A stretch of 64,000 nt of DNA. Source: Octopus sinensis (taxonomy: Eukaryota). The notes beneath the pieces were generated by a model. That model ran no database searches, was not told the origin of the DNA, and saw only the letters and a list, made by a program, of their open reading frames with translations. Positions within the stretch are counted from its first letter, which is position 1. Each line of letters begins with the position of its first letter. This document shows positions 11,006 to 23,843 of this stretch, piece after piece. Both the position numbers and the translations under genes were made by a program. The stretch spans positions 7,378,001-7,442,000 of the forward strand of contig NC_043008.1 in NCBI RefSeq assembly GCF_006345805.1, given 5' to 3'.

Positions 11006-12389
11006 ATCAAAGCTAACGTTTTAGTCATGCGTCTGAATCTATTAAAACATATACAATTCAAACAGAAATATTCGGATTGTGGGAATATTCTTAGTGAGGT
11101 GTCTGACTTCAGTAGGATATTTTCCGAATTGATAATATAACTTGTATCTCATACAAATTTTTACTTTGATATTTTCTCTTACATTCCCTTACAACTTTGC
11201 ATACACTGACTCCCTTTTATGACGTTTTTATAGAAATATTTTAGTAACAAATATAAGGATAATGAATCATTCGCTAAGTACAAGTAACATTCTATTCGGA
11301 TGTATTTACTAATGGGAATTTTATCGGTTTTGGAAAGGTAACTACAAGAATAGGGTTGATGCATTTTATTTACATCGATATTTTGCTTTTCTATGATATA
11401 TTCATATCCCCTCTCATTAACATACTTCATTCTTTATTCATGCGTCTGATTTTGATGATGAAAATTTAAATTATTCACTAAGTTCGTGTGAGTAGGCATT
11501 TTAATTGTCTGCCCCAGTCTGAGTAGCTTACAAAACCAGTAACTGCAACAAAATAACCAGGATTAATAAACGTGAATAACAAAGATCGAACTTGATATTA
11601 TATAGACAGGCTTCCCACAATTTCCCTCCACCTAATTTCACTCTCTATGTTAGAGTACACGCGACCTAGTTGACACATCTGGTTCTGGTAATAAGATGTT
11701 AAACTTAGTATTCAGACGTGTTTGCATCCCAGGCGCACCTACACTCACCTACACTGCAGACACAGACACAGATACATGGACATAACCAGAAATTGATGCA
11801 CACATGCGTGGGTGTAAAGCGACTTCAAATAGATTTAAAATTGCATTCCACTCCCAATATTGTTTCAATTTTCTTTCTAATAGAAACGGGTAATCTATAC
11901 ATCATTATTGAAATTTTATTGTCCACTCTGTTATTCTCCATTTCCAGAAGTCCAATAAAGTAGGCTACTTGTAAAATGAAATATCATTTCTTGCTAATAT
12001 ATATATATATAGAAACGTTCTGCACTATATGGACAAAATATATTGTTACATTTTCTGAGATGTCCGGCAACTACTTCAAATAATTGGTTTTGCATTTCCT
12101 CATTAAAATTATATGTGAGCTTTATGACAATATATTGGGTTGGGGCATAATTATTGCAGCTTTTCTTCAATAAATTTTATTCAGCAAAAACAATAACATG
12201 TAACAAAAGCATCTTTAAATGATTATTCCGGAGCATATTCACCATCTACTTCAATTACGGCTTCCCATTTGCTTGGCAGACAGTCAGACCGTTAGTTAAA
12301 GACGTTTTTGTTATTGCTTTTGTTGAATAAAATTTGTTGAAAAAAAGCCGCAATAATTATGCACCAACCTCATAATATTTATACTAAAA

Positions 12390-12472
12390 TGAATTCAAAT
12401 TTCACCGAGATTGACTTTAGCTTTCATTCTTTCGCGGTCGATAAAATAAGTACCAGTTAAACACTGGGGTAA
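12390..12472 (+). mobile_element. SINE family B, central fragment
   Basis: gaattcaaatttcaccgag...ctttcattctttcgcggtcgataaaataagtaccagtt. Confidence 0.75.
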
Positions 12473-13544
12473 GCGTACATGGAGATAGTTAAAATATGTT
12501 TGTGAAATATTTCAACTGAGAAAAGGCAAATTCGCTGTAGTTAATGTGGAGAAAATTTCTCCTTTACGGTAAACTGCTGTAAAAATATCATATCTGTCCA
12601 GTGTCGCCCCCTCTCGGATGACCAGACACCGATATTTCTAACTCTTTAGTTGTTATCAATTATAAACTCTGGACAGACTTTATCACATATGTATATATAT
12701 ATGTGTTTGTGTATGTGTATAAATACATATGTATTTTTATATGTGTGTATGAGCGCGCCTGTGTGGTGTGTGTGTGTGTAAGAGTTAAATATTGCCAGTA
12801 TCTTTTACGGGTCTACATTGGCGAAAGTTGTCAACCTTTGAGAGAAATCGTCTCCTTCACCCAAACCAGATTTTCTTCTTGCTGAAGTGGAATTCTCTGA
12901 GATAACTTCTTCTTTGAGAAGTTAAGTCCTATCGTGTGGCACTAACTTTCGGTATCAATGGTGAACCATTGATTGATTTCATGAAATGTTTTAAGCACTG
13001 CATTTCCTTAAAGGCCTCTAGCCTTCTGATAGAAAATAAAAATATATGGTTCCCGCTCGATTGAATATTTTGTATGGGGCTTTTTGCAAGAAAATTATAC
13101 TTTGGTATAGAACACGAAAAACAAACGTGATTTTATGAAAATCGTTAGCATGGAAATTAACTCAAAACGAATATTAACCAAGTATTCCACTATTCCTCGG
13201 AAAACTATGGTTTTTATTCGCAGAATCTGGAGGAAGGGGCAGTACTCAAAGATTTTACTGGCCTTTCTCGATCAATGATTTTGCTACAATTAATATCCGG
13301 GTTGCACTTTTGTAAATGAACAGCAATGTGAAAGAAATCAGCATGGAGCCAATTCCAGAAAAGCGATATTCTTTGATGAATTGTCTGGGTATCATGATCA
13401 ATAGAAGACCTACGACGTTAGTGACATTTAACAAATTTTTTTAAAGATTCTTTCTCATTTTGTTTTGCTTTGTTATTATCGTTAACTACCACATTTAACT
13501 CAGAGAAAAAAAAAAGATAACTTTCTCTGCGTCAGTTACGACTA

Positions 13545-13798
13545 CAAATGCTCTAGTTGAGCAGATCAACAGAATAGCCGTAACGTGCAAGTGGCTGAGT
13601 GCTCAACAGATAAGCGTATCATTAACAGAATATGACAAGGCTGGTCCTTCGAAATGCATGTACTACTCATTTCTGCCAACCGAAAGAACTGGAGCAGCGT
13701 GAAATAAAGTGTTTTGCACAAGGACACAGCTCGTTGCCAGGAACCGAGCTCACAACCTTACCCCGAGTACCCTAACCAGTAAGGCCAACCGCCTTCAC
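13545..13798 (-). mobile_element. SINE (working family E): D-like head with C-like tail
   Basis: ctggagcagcgtgaaataaagtgttttgcacaaggacac resembles the family D body; gtaacgtgcaagtggctgagtgctc is the reverse complement of the family C tail at ~14110-14130. Confidence 0.7.
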
Positions 13799-13828
13799 CT
13801 TTTACTTAATATCTACATAGAAATATGT

Positions 13829-14135
13829 GGAGGCGCAATGGCCCAGTGATTAGGGCAGCGGACTCGCGGTCGTAGGATCGCGGTTTCGATTCCCAGACCG
13901 GGCATTGTGAGTGTTTATTGAGCGAAAACGCCTAAAGCTCCACGAGGCTCGGGCAGGGGGGGGAACCCTGCTGTACTCTTTCACAATAACTTTCTCTCAC
14001 TCTTTCTTCCTGTTTCTGTTGTACCTGTATTCCAAAGGGCCAAACTTGTCACACTCTGTGTCACGCTGAATCTCCTCAAGAACTACGTTAAGGGTACACG
14101 TGTCTATGGAGTTCTGAGCCACTTGCACGTTAATA
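13829..14135 (+). mobile_element. SINE family C with tRNA-derived head
   Basis: A-box-like tggcccagtgattag and B-box-like ggtttcgattccc, followed by non-tRNA body. Confidence 0.8.
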
Positions 14136-14330
14136 AATGAGCTGCGACATCACGGATGCCAAGCTGTATCGGCCCCTTTGCCTTTCCCTTGGATAAAATC
14201 GGTGGCGCGGAGAGGGGAGGCCAGTATGCATGGGCGACTGCTGGTCTTCCATAAACAACCTTGCCCAGACTTGTGCCTCGGAGGGTAACTTTCTAGGTGC
14301 AATTCCATGGTCATTCATGACCGAAGGAGG
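14136..14330 (+). mobile_element. SINE family D, 3' portion fused to the family C copy
   Basis: gccaagctgtatcggcccc...gcatgggcgactgctggtcttccataaacaacc...tgcaattccatggtcattcatgaccgaagg matches 53257-53582 and 37470-37762. Confidence 0.85.
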
Positions 14331-15554
14331 TCACAATCTCATAGAAATTTATAATTTAGAGGTTTTTGATGGTCAGACGACTCAAGACAATTCTCGAGGC
14401 ACACCTAATACAATGGACTTCACGAATCGCTGAATTGGGTTTCATTACTTTAAGAAAGATTTGTGCGAAGCTGTACCCAAGAATATGATGACCTTGTATT
14501 GACACAACTTGCTCCAACAGTGCCTAATGTTCATAGATGGTTTACCATTCAAATACACCAAAGAGAGAATAATTTTTTATTCTCTTGATTTCTCTATGCC
14601 TACGATGTGCAGCTAGAATCAAGGTCACGAGAGTTTAGATTCTGCTATATATGCAGCAATACTGCACATGAATATTTCAAATGTCTGCCGTTATTGGAAG
14701 TACCATGCATGCACATATTGGTGTACACAAGTTCATACATACACATATACAATTTTCCTGTTACTGTTTAATGTTTATCTGAAGATCAATATCGGTGATA
14801 AATGCAAAATTTTCAAACCTTAAATGGATCCATAAATGTTTTGTGTGGATTTTTTTTTTCAATATCCATTTAAGTGGAATACAACAGAAAGCCAATTTTG
14901 CAGCCCATTTATACATTAAGCAGGAAAAATGGCCGACATTGAAATGTTATATATATATAAAAAAAAAAACAGTAAAGCTCCGTGGCTTTTTGAAAAAGAT
15001 ATTTTAAAATAACTTTTCCCAAAACTAAATCTATTGAATATGAATTCCCAAATTTCCATTTTGATTGCATCTTCTCTATTTTGTTATTAAAGGAGTTTGT
15101 AGTGTTAAATAAAATATATACATGGGATAATAAGGATCGACTGTGCTTTAGGAGACGACGGTGTGTACGTATAGAACGAATACGACTTAGTGTTCTTTAT
15201 AAATGTGGATATTCCAAGGACACCAATATAAAAAGTATTGATAGTATAAGTATTCTGATTAGTATTAGTATTAATATTAGAGGTAATAGAGATTATTGTT
15301 GCTGTAATGGTATTTAGGGGTTATTGTAAGCGCTGATGTTTTCAATGCTAGTGATTTTCTACGGAAGCAAATGGGAACCTGTTGAATAAGAAAATTGTGT
15401 TAAACCTATTCAATTATTGGGAGCTATTTAAAAAGAAAAAAAAAGGAAAAACGCTGCAGAGATGAAAAGTGGAATTTGACACGTCAGGTTACTCGTAACT
15501 ATTCTAGAAAATGAATGGTATTCAGGAATACCATTTTTTTTTTTGGTAATATAC

Positions 15555-15830
15555 TGCACTACCACCAGCACCAGCAACATCACCACCATCACCACTACAA
15601 TCACCACCACCACCTCTACTACCACTACCATCATCATCATCATCGTCATCTTCATCATTATCATCATCACCATTTATGATCTGACGTTGTAGCGATCATC
15701 ATCGTCGCCGTCGTCGCTGCCAGCGCCACCGCCGTCGCTGCCAGCGCCACCGCCGTCGCCACCACCACCACCACCGCCAACATAATCATCATCGTCATCA
15801 TCATCATCGTCGTCATCATCATCATCATCG

Positions 15831-15864
<34 letters not shown>

Positions 15865-15995
15865 TTATGATACAGTTATGATAATGTAGTTATCATCATC
15901 ACCACCACCACCACCATCATCATCATCATCTTCATCATCATCGTCGTTATCATCACCACCACCACTACAACCACCGCTACCACACCGCCACCACC

Positions 15996-16026
<31 letters not shown>

Positions 16027-16190
16027 CCACCACAACCACAACCACCACCACCACCACCATTATCATCACCATCATCATCATCATCATCACCATTGTCGTC
16101 GTAGTTTTCCCGATCATCGCCATCGCCGTTACGATCCTTATTATTGTTATTGTTGCTGTTGTTATTGTTAAAATGGCTACGCACATGAAA
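15555..16190. repeat. Compound trinucleotide low-complexity block (CAC/CAT/CGT/CGC)
   Basis: Visible runs; give poly-M/V/G/D pseudo-ORFs. Confidence 0.9.
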
Positions 16191-16432
16191 AGCAGGCTTA
16201 GTTTATGTCGGTAAGTCTTTACCTCGTTTCACCTCTACTTTTCCGAGTGAGTTTTATCCAATAATGTTACACTTGTCTTCCGAAGGTGAGAACGCATCTG
16301 CGCAAACACGCACATTCACGCTTTATGCAAGGAATATCCAGAAACGCTAAAATTCCAAATACTTTAAGTCTCCAGTTTTTTCATCCAAATATATAAACAT
16401 TCGCTAACATGGCGAAATTTCTGCCACGGAAC

Positions 16433-16489
<57 letters not shown>

Positions 16490-16563
16490 ATAATAGTAGT
16501 AGTAGTAGTTTGCAGTAGCAGTTGCAGCAGTAGTAATAGTAGTAGCTGCAGTAGTAGTAGTAG
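16433..16563. repeat. (TAG)n / (CAG) microsatellite
   Basis: Visible run. Confidence 0.95.
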
Positions 16564-16575
16564 CTGTATCTAATC

Positions 16576-16610
16576 CAGTGGTTCTCAACAATGGTTCATA
16601 TGTCTGCCGG
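16576..16610 (+). mobile_element. Possible hAT-type terminal inverted repeat remnant
   Basis: cagtggttctcaac is a common hAT/Charlie-type terminus; no partner TIR seen. Confidence 0.3.
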
Positions 16611-16623
16611 TAGGTTTTAATTT

Positions 16624-16773
16624 AGGCGTAGGAGTGGCTGTATGATAAGTAGCTTCCTTACCAACTACATGGTTCCGAGTTCAGTCCCACTGCGTGGCAC
16701 CTTTGGCATGCGTCTTCTACTATAGCCTCCGGGCGACCAAAGCCTTGTGAGTGGATTTAGTATACGGAAACTA
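16624..16773 (+). mobile_element. SINE family A, head only
   Basis: aggcgtaggagtggctgtatgataagtagc...gtggatttagtatacggaaact, then an abrupt switch to an inverted family B head. Confidence 0.85.
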
Positions 16774-16996
16774 ACGATTCTACCAGCTCGCCACCTTAAA
16801 ATATGAATTAAAATTATGATGATGATGATAATGATGATGATTCTGATTCCTTTTATTAATCACCAGGGCAAAGGATCAGTGGGTAATACAAAAGTGTGGG
16901 GTTTTAATATAATTAAATGATAAAATAGAAATGAAAGGCAGCATATACAATATGCAGGAAACAAAGCAATGGCTGTGTAGAGAAAATACAATATAA

Positions 16997-17515
<519 letters not shown>

Positions 17516-18603
17516 AATAATCTTATCAAGGGAACGGATTGCTGAAACTCATGGCAATTAATAAAGCATTGAGGCATTCTAGAACATGTGGCATTATGGA
17601 AAATGATATGAAGGAAGAAGAGAAAACATCACATGTAGAAAAGTAAAATCTTGAATGGAATTCCAAATTTATTTCAAAGAATTTGATGAATGAGATCAAA
17701 GCATGGGTATTTGAACTTGTGCAGATTTAGAGGTGGAATCGTTAATTGGATAAAAGTCGAGATAGTTGCCTTAGACATTAAAATAGGTGTATCAATGCAT
17801 GCGGCACTTCTCCCGTAGGCAGATGTCACTCATTTAATGATGAAACCAAAGATAAGAGAGAGTATATAGATCGGTAAATCGCTAACGTGCCATGGGTGAA
17901 TGAGAGCCACTTGAACTTGCTATAATGTAGCGAGGACTTAAACATATGGGGGTTGACGAGAAGATAGCGATCTAAGCAGGATAATTCATAAAAGAAAGCT
18001 CTACAATAAATGCAGTTTTATTGTTGCAACAAAGACGTGAATAATGTGAAAATGTTGAAGCGTCGTTGAAATCGCCTCAAGACGGTGAATCAAATAAAGG
18101 AATAGAAAGATTTTTAATGTCTGTTTAAGATTTCAATCTAAACACTCATTCAGGATTGTTATTCCGTTTCTTCAAATAACAAATGCTGGATAAGCAATCA
18201 GTAAAGTATTTCTCGTATATTAGTAGGCGTAAATTGTTTACACAAAATACTAGTAAAAGCATAATGATATGTATTTCAATTTACACTTTGTACAATAATA
18301 TAGATTATGGGCACATTTACCCTTACATGACTATTTGCTAATCAATATTTTCTACTCTCTAAACTTGGACACCGGTTTGGAGACTGGACTGGAGTATATA
18401 TGCTAAACGAAGTCTACCGAACCTGAAGTTCAGGTGTTTTGTTCCACCTCAATTTATTTTACTCTCCTTGCTGTAATACTCATCTTCACGGCTGCTCATA
18501 AGTAACAAGCGACGTTGATGAAGAAATCTATAAGCAATGAGAAAAGTAAATTATTTACATTATTTACATTTGACAGATATTTGCCCTCATCTTTTTTGTT
18601 GTT

Positions 18604-18649
18604 AACACAATGTTTCGACTGATATACCATCAGGGCGTCATCAGGTGCC
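18604..18649 (-). ncRNA. Degenerate hammerhead-ribozyme-like motif
   Basis: Minus strand GGCAC-CUGAUGA-cgcc-CUGAU-gguau-AUCAG-uc-GAAAC-AUU-GUGUU. Confidence 0.35.
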
Positions 18650-18676
18650 TTGGGGAAATTCGAACTATACAATATA

Positions 18677-19107
18677 AGGCGCAGGAGTGGCTGTGTGGTA
18701 CGTAGCTTGCTTACGAACCGCATGGTACCGGGTTCAGTCCCACTGCGTGGCACCTTCGGCAACTGTCTTCTAGTATAGCCTCGGGCCGACCAAAGCCTTG
18801 TGAGTGGATTTGGTAGACGGAAACTGAAAGAAACCCGTCACACACACACACACACACACACACTCATATATAAATATATATATATGTGTGTGTGTGTGTG
18901 TGTATGTGTGTGTGTGTGTGTGTATCGCTTGACAACCGATGCTTGTGTGTTTACGCCCCCGTCACTTAGCGGTTCGGCAAAAGAGGCCGATAGAATAAGT
19001 AGTAGGCTTACAAAGAATAAGCACTGGGGTCGATTTGGTCGTCTAAAGGCGGTGCTCCAGCAAGGCCACAGTCAAATGACTGGAACAAGTAAAAGAGTAA
19101 AAGAGTA
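18677..19107 (+). mobile_element. SINE family A, full length
   Basis: aggcgcaggagtggctgtgtgg head, CA/TA/TG centre, tail aaggcggtgctccagcaaggccacagtcaaatgactggaac plus (agtaaaag)n. Confidence 0.92.
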
Positions 19108-19427
19108 TAAGTATCAAGAATTATCCTGATGATATACTTTTCTATATTTATCTCTCTGTCGTCTTCAAAAAATGGTTTATTGTTTTGGCTTACGGCCATA
19201 TAGGTGAAAAGCTTGTTGTTCACCGATTCAACGCAACTTGACTTTTATTAGCGATTTCCAAATATTTTACCAACTTTGAAGAGACCAAAAAGTAAAACAT
19301 AATCCAGGATTATCCCGACTCAGAATTAAAGGAGACAAATTTACACAAAGCAAGGGGCGATTCTATTAGAAACACCATTAATTATTAGAAAGTCGTTCAC
19401 TGATTTTAAATTCATATGAAAATATTT

Positions 19428-19664
19428 ATTTCTTTATTGCCCACGGGGAGCTAAGTATAGAGGGGACAAGAAAGGACTGACAAAGGGATTAAGTCGATTA
19501 CATCGACTCCGGTGCGTAACAGGTGCTTATTTAATCGATCCCGAAAGGATGAAAGGCAAAAACGACCTCGGCGGAATTTGAACTCAGAACGTAACGGCAG
19601 ACGAAATACCACTAGGCATTTCGCCCAGCGTGCTAACGATTCTGCTAGATCGCCGCGCCGCCTT
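19428..19664 (-). mobile_element. SINE family B, full length
   Basis: Reverse complement of 2041-2270 with substitutions. Confidence 0.9.
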
Positions 19665-19707
19665 ATTATGAAAATATTCAAGAATAGAAATAATACGGGG
19701 CCAAAAA

Positions 19708-19910
19708 TGACGGTAAGCTGTCAGAAACGTTATCGCGATGGACAAAATTTCTTCCAACCTTACGTTCAGCGTTCAAATACTATCGGGTGTTATCTATGAC
19801 TTTCATCCTTTTGGGGTCGGTAAAATGTACCAGTGGTGCAATGGAGTCGCCGTAATTAACTTAGCCTCACCCCCTAAATTGCTGGCCTAGAGCCAATATT
19901 TGAATCCAAT
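19708..19910 (+). mobile_element. SINE family B, diverged, alternative 3' tail
   Basis: acggtaagctgtcagaaacgtt...ctttcatccttttggggtcggtaaaatgtaccag...ccccctaaattgctggcctagagcc. Confidence 0.65.
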
Positions 19911-21479
19911 AGTGTGAGAACCAAAGTAATTTGAAATGTTTGATTCGAATCTCATCTGAACACTTCAAGAAGGGAAACCAAGAATCCTTGACCCAATTGG
20001 ACACATTTACTTAAAGTGCAAAGAATCAAATTTCATATTCTTCATTAATATACAACACCTATTAAGAATAAGCGAAGAATATCCGGCGCAACCTTTAAAT
20101 GAAAGAAATCGATAATTCATGCCCGAATAATATCATTGCTTTAATAAACTGCATTAAGGTGTTTCTGTTACCTAATCCACTTTACAACGCTAGGTTTTAC
20201 ACTCAGGAATCATATAAATTGAGGAAGCATAATTGCAGGCTAACCTCAGAAGATTTCGGATGGTCTCCAAAGGAGAGTATTTTGATTAGTTATCCTGTAA
20301 CGCACATTTGTTAGCCAGTATCCATAAACGATGGCTCAACTATATGGTGCAGTCATTTTATAACTTTTGTCGTTAGCATTCTATTATTTCTGAAATGCTA
20401 AGATGTGTAACACGTATAGTTTGTTCCTCATTCCCGATCACAACTAGATTTTGGTAAAGTATTCCACACATAAAGAAGGAAAAAAAAGGCTCGTAATAAC
20501 AAATTCGGTTGCAAGGCTTTCGTTTTTGATGCACAACCGAATTACAGGGATCTCTTTAATTTTATCCTTTTCTAAGTAAAATATAAAAAAAAGCAATCGG
20601 AACAGTGAAAGTCCTCGGTTACTGCGTTACTCTCTGTTTATGCCTCGAAGGTAATATTTGATAAAAATGTCGCTTTTTACTCCTGAAATCGTCAGTGAAA
20701 GAGTTATCAAATTTGTTTAGCAAATGCACAGGAAGAAAAAGAAATGAATCCGCGATACTATTTAGTTTTGCCCATGTGGCAAACAGTAGATTTTGAATGT
20801 TGTGTACGTGAAAAGCGTTTATTGTTAGAAATCCTGACTTTACGTTTGGAAATAATCCTAATTTGGAGATATCGATAAAATAGTCAGAGAGTAATTCAGT
20901 TAGAAAAAGCAATAGCAAAAATGACGAAATATTAACGTGGACGCATTCTTTATTAACGAATAAAAATGGCGAAAAAATACTGTAGTGGATTAACTGCTTA
21001 GTCAGAGCAGTGTTTGCTTCCACACGCTGCTGCTTCGTAACAATGCATTTTCAAGCCGTTCAGTAATAAAACATCCATTAAAAATGAAGGATAACCGATA
21101 TGTCTACATATAGAAAACCCAGTCGCACTTCCACACGTACAAACACACGCACGCACAGAAACACACATGTATATAATACATGTTGCTTTTACATATGCAT
21201 ATATTCGTGACTGTATATGTGCATATGTGCATTTTCCATAAAAGCCCGAATATATACATACATGTATACATACATACATATACATATCTACATATATATA
21301 TATGTGTGTGTGTGTGTGTGTATGCATGTATGTATGTATGTATATGTGTGTGGTGTGTGTGTGTGTGTGTGTGTGTGTGTTGTGTGTGTGTATGTATGTA
21401 TATATATGCATATATTCGTGACTGTATGTGTGCATTTGTGAATTTTCTATAAAAGGCCCGAATATATACATACATATAC

Positions 21480-21535
<56 letters not shown>

Positions 21536-22217
21536 GTGTGTGTGTGTGTGTGTGTGTGTGTGTCTCTGTGTCTCTCTGTGTGTGTGTATGCGTGTATGTA
21601 GTTATGCATGTGTATGAAAACACGCATACATATGGCTATCGCATGAGTGCGTGCGTATCTGTAGAAGCCTGTATGTCATACGCTTTATGGCGTTGCACGA
21701 TGCGATACACACAAAGCCATAGTAAAGTTCATTATAAATACTGTTTCATGCAGCAATTCTCTCAGATTACCGATGCACGTGGTGGGCACAAAAGGAAAGC
21801 CACTAGGTTATGCATTAACGAAACACAATGAAAACAATTCAATGATACGGACGATGAAAAGACATGGTTTATTAATATAGATGTGGGTGCATTTTTTTTT
21901 TCTAATAGAAAAAGACGTACATAACCACCATTATTAATGGCTTAGTGGCCGTTGGTGGTAACATTATAGCAACAGCGGTTGCTGCTGCTGTCCTTAAATT
22001 GTTCCGCGTAGTTATTCCCAAATGTATGTGGCTTCTGTTTAATTACAAAGTACTGCATATGTGATTAATAAATATGCATATAACCTAAGCCTTCCGCTCC
22101 ACAAATACACGCATATTTTAATACATACATCCATATTATATAATTATATATATATATATATATACATACACACACACCCACACACCTATATGCATATATG
22201 CATATATATATATATGT

Positions 22218-22261
<44 letters not shown>

Positions 22262-22306
22262 GTATATACATATATATGTACATATATATAAATATATACA
22301 CATCTT

Positions 22307-22339
<33 letters not shown>

Positions 22340-23590
22340 TCATGCGCTTGCACATATCATGTTTACATGCATATATGTGTGGGTATATATATATGTATAC
22401 ATATATATATATATGTATATATATATATATTATATATATGTATATGTATATATATTATATATATGTATAGGTATATATATATGTGTGTGTATATATGTAT
22501 ATATATAATCTTATATATATATATAATAATATATAATTACATATATATATTTGTGTGTGTGTCTGTGTAAGTATATGTATGTGCTCTCACTTGGAAGTAC
22601 CCAGGCCTGTATATGCATAGCTGTGTATGAATTAATATAACCATGTGCGTATGCATGAATGCCAGTATGTATGTAAGTATGTATGTATGTGCGTGTGTGT
22701 ATGCTGGCGCATATGTATGCGTATGTATGTAATAAAATCCGGAATCCAGTGTCATTTCAGTCGATCTGTGTCGTCAGAGAAAATTCCTTACAAATTCGTA
22801 AAAGTGTTCAATGAGCTGATTTGCTGGACGGGAGTGAAAAAAAGAGAAAAAAAGAACCTAAAATGTCAAAGAATTGTCCATCATTTTGAAGAGAGGTTAT
22901 GCTGTTTCTATAGCCTTTTGTCACACACAAAAAAGGGATTCCTGTATGGAAGCAGTGGAGTAGAAGAGCGTGATGTTTGTTACTTCTGGAACGTGTGTGT
23001 TTGTGTTTGTGTGTGTGTGTGTTGTGCGTGTGTGTGTGTCTGTGTGTGTGTGTACGCTTCCACTAGAATGGGGAAGAAATATAGGTTAATGAAGGTGTTA
23101 TCCATGTCGGAAACGTTTCATTCGCAAGTTGAAAGGAGACGGAGACAGTGAAAGTGAAATGATCTGGGATTGGGCTATACGGAGGGGTTACTGTGTTACT
23201 GGGATTATTCAGCATTTAAGTGAAGTGCCTATAAACAGAGAATACGACTGAGAAAAACAAAGAGAAATGAATCGTAAGTCATTAAGAAATGATCAGAAAC
23301 AGGCTGAGAACGGTGCACCGGGAAGTGGATGACTGTAGGTGTGACGAGATATGAGAAAAATAGTGCGGAGTGTTGAAATAACAAAAAAAAAAAAGGTGAG
23401 GGGAGAACAGTCTCATTTACAGGCTATTCAGATATTCAGATATATATAATGTGCACAGGTTATTCAGATATATATCTGTAATGTGTGACCAAAGCTGAAT
23501 ACAAAATAGACACCTGATATGTGTGTGTGTATGTATCTGTGTATGTGTTTATCTGTGTCTGTCAGAGAGAGTGTATGCATGTGAGTGTAA

Positions 23591-23625
<35 letters not shown>

Positions 23626-23627
23626 TG

Positions 23628-23720
23628 TACGAGGGTGAGTCAAAAAGTAATGCCATTTTGTTTAGGACAGGTATAATTACCAAAACATGGACATGTATCA
23701 TACATGGAAGCTGATCTTCT
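23628..23720 (+). mobile_element. Possible Tc1/mariner terminal remnant
   Basis: TA followed by cgagggtgagtcaaaaagt, a mariner-like TIR start, directly after (TA)n; no partner TIR seen. Confidence 0.45.
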
Positions 23721-23724
23721 GTGG

Positions 23725-23843
23725 ATCAAATCCACTCACAAGACTTAGGTCGGCCCGACGTTATAGTAGAAGACGCTTGACCAAGGTACCACGCAGTGGG
23801 ACCGAACACGGAACCATGTGGTTGGGAAGCAAACTTTTCATCA
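23725..23843 (-). mobile_element. SINE family A, head fragment
   Basis: aaatccactcacaagac...gtaccacgcagtgggaccgaacacggaaccatgtggttgg. Confidence 0.8.

Noticed and set aside
13829-13905. tRNA-like sequence
   Set aside because: A and B boxes present, but no closing acceptor stem and it continues into a SINE body; not a tRNA gene
17690-18080. Possible decayed LTR-retrotransposon RT
   Set aside because: Only a vague CADL-like word; no consistent frame or motif order
20500-22060. Unique, relatively CpG-rich stretches and a 134-aa ORF (20619-21023) as exon or enhancer candidates
   Set aside because: No recognisable motif or splice structure; conservation cannot be tested without alignments
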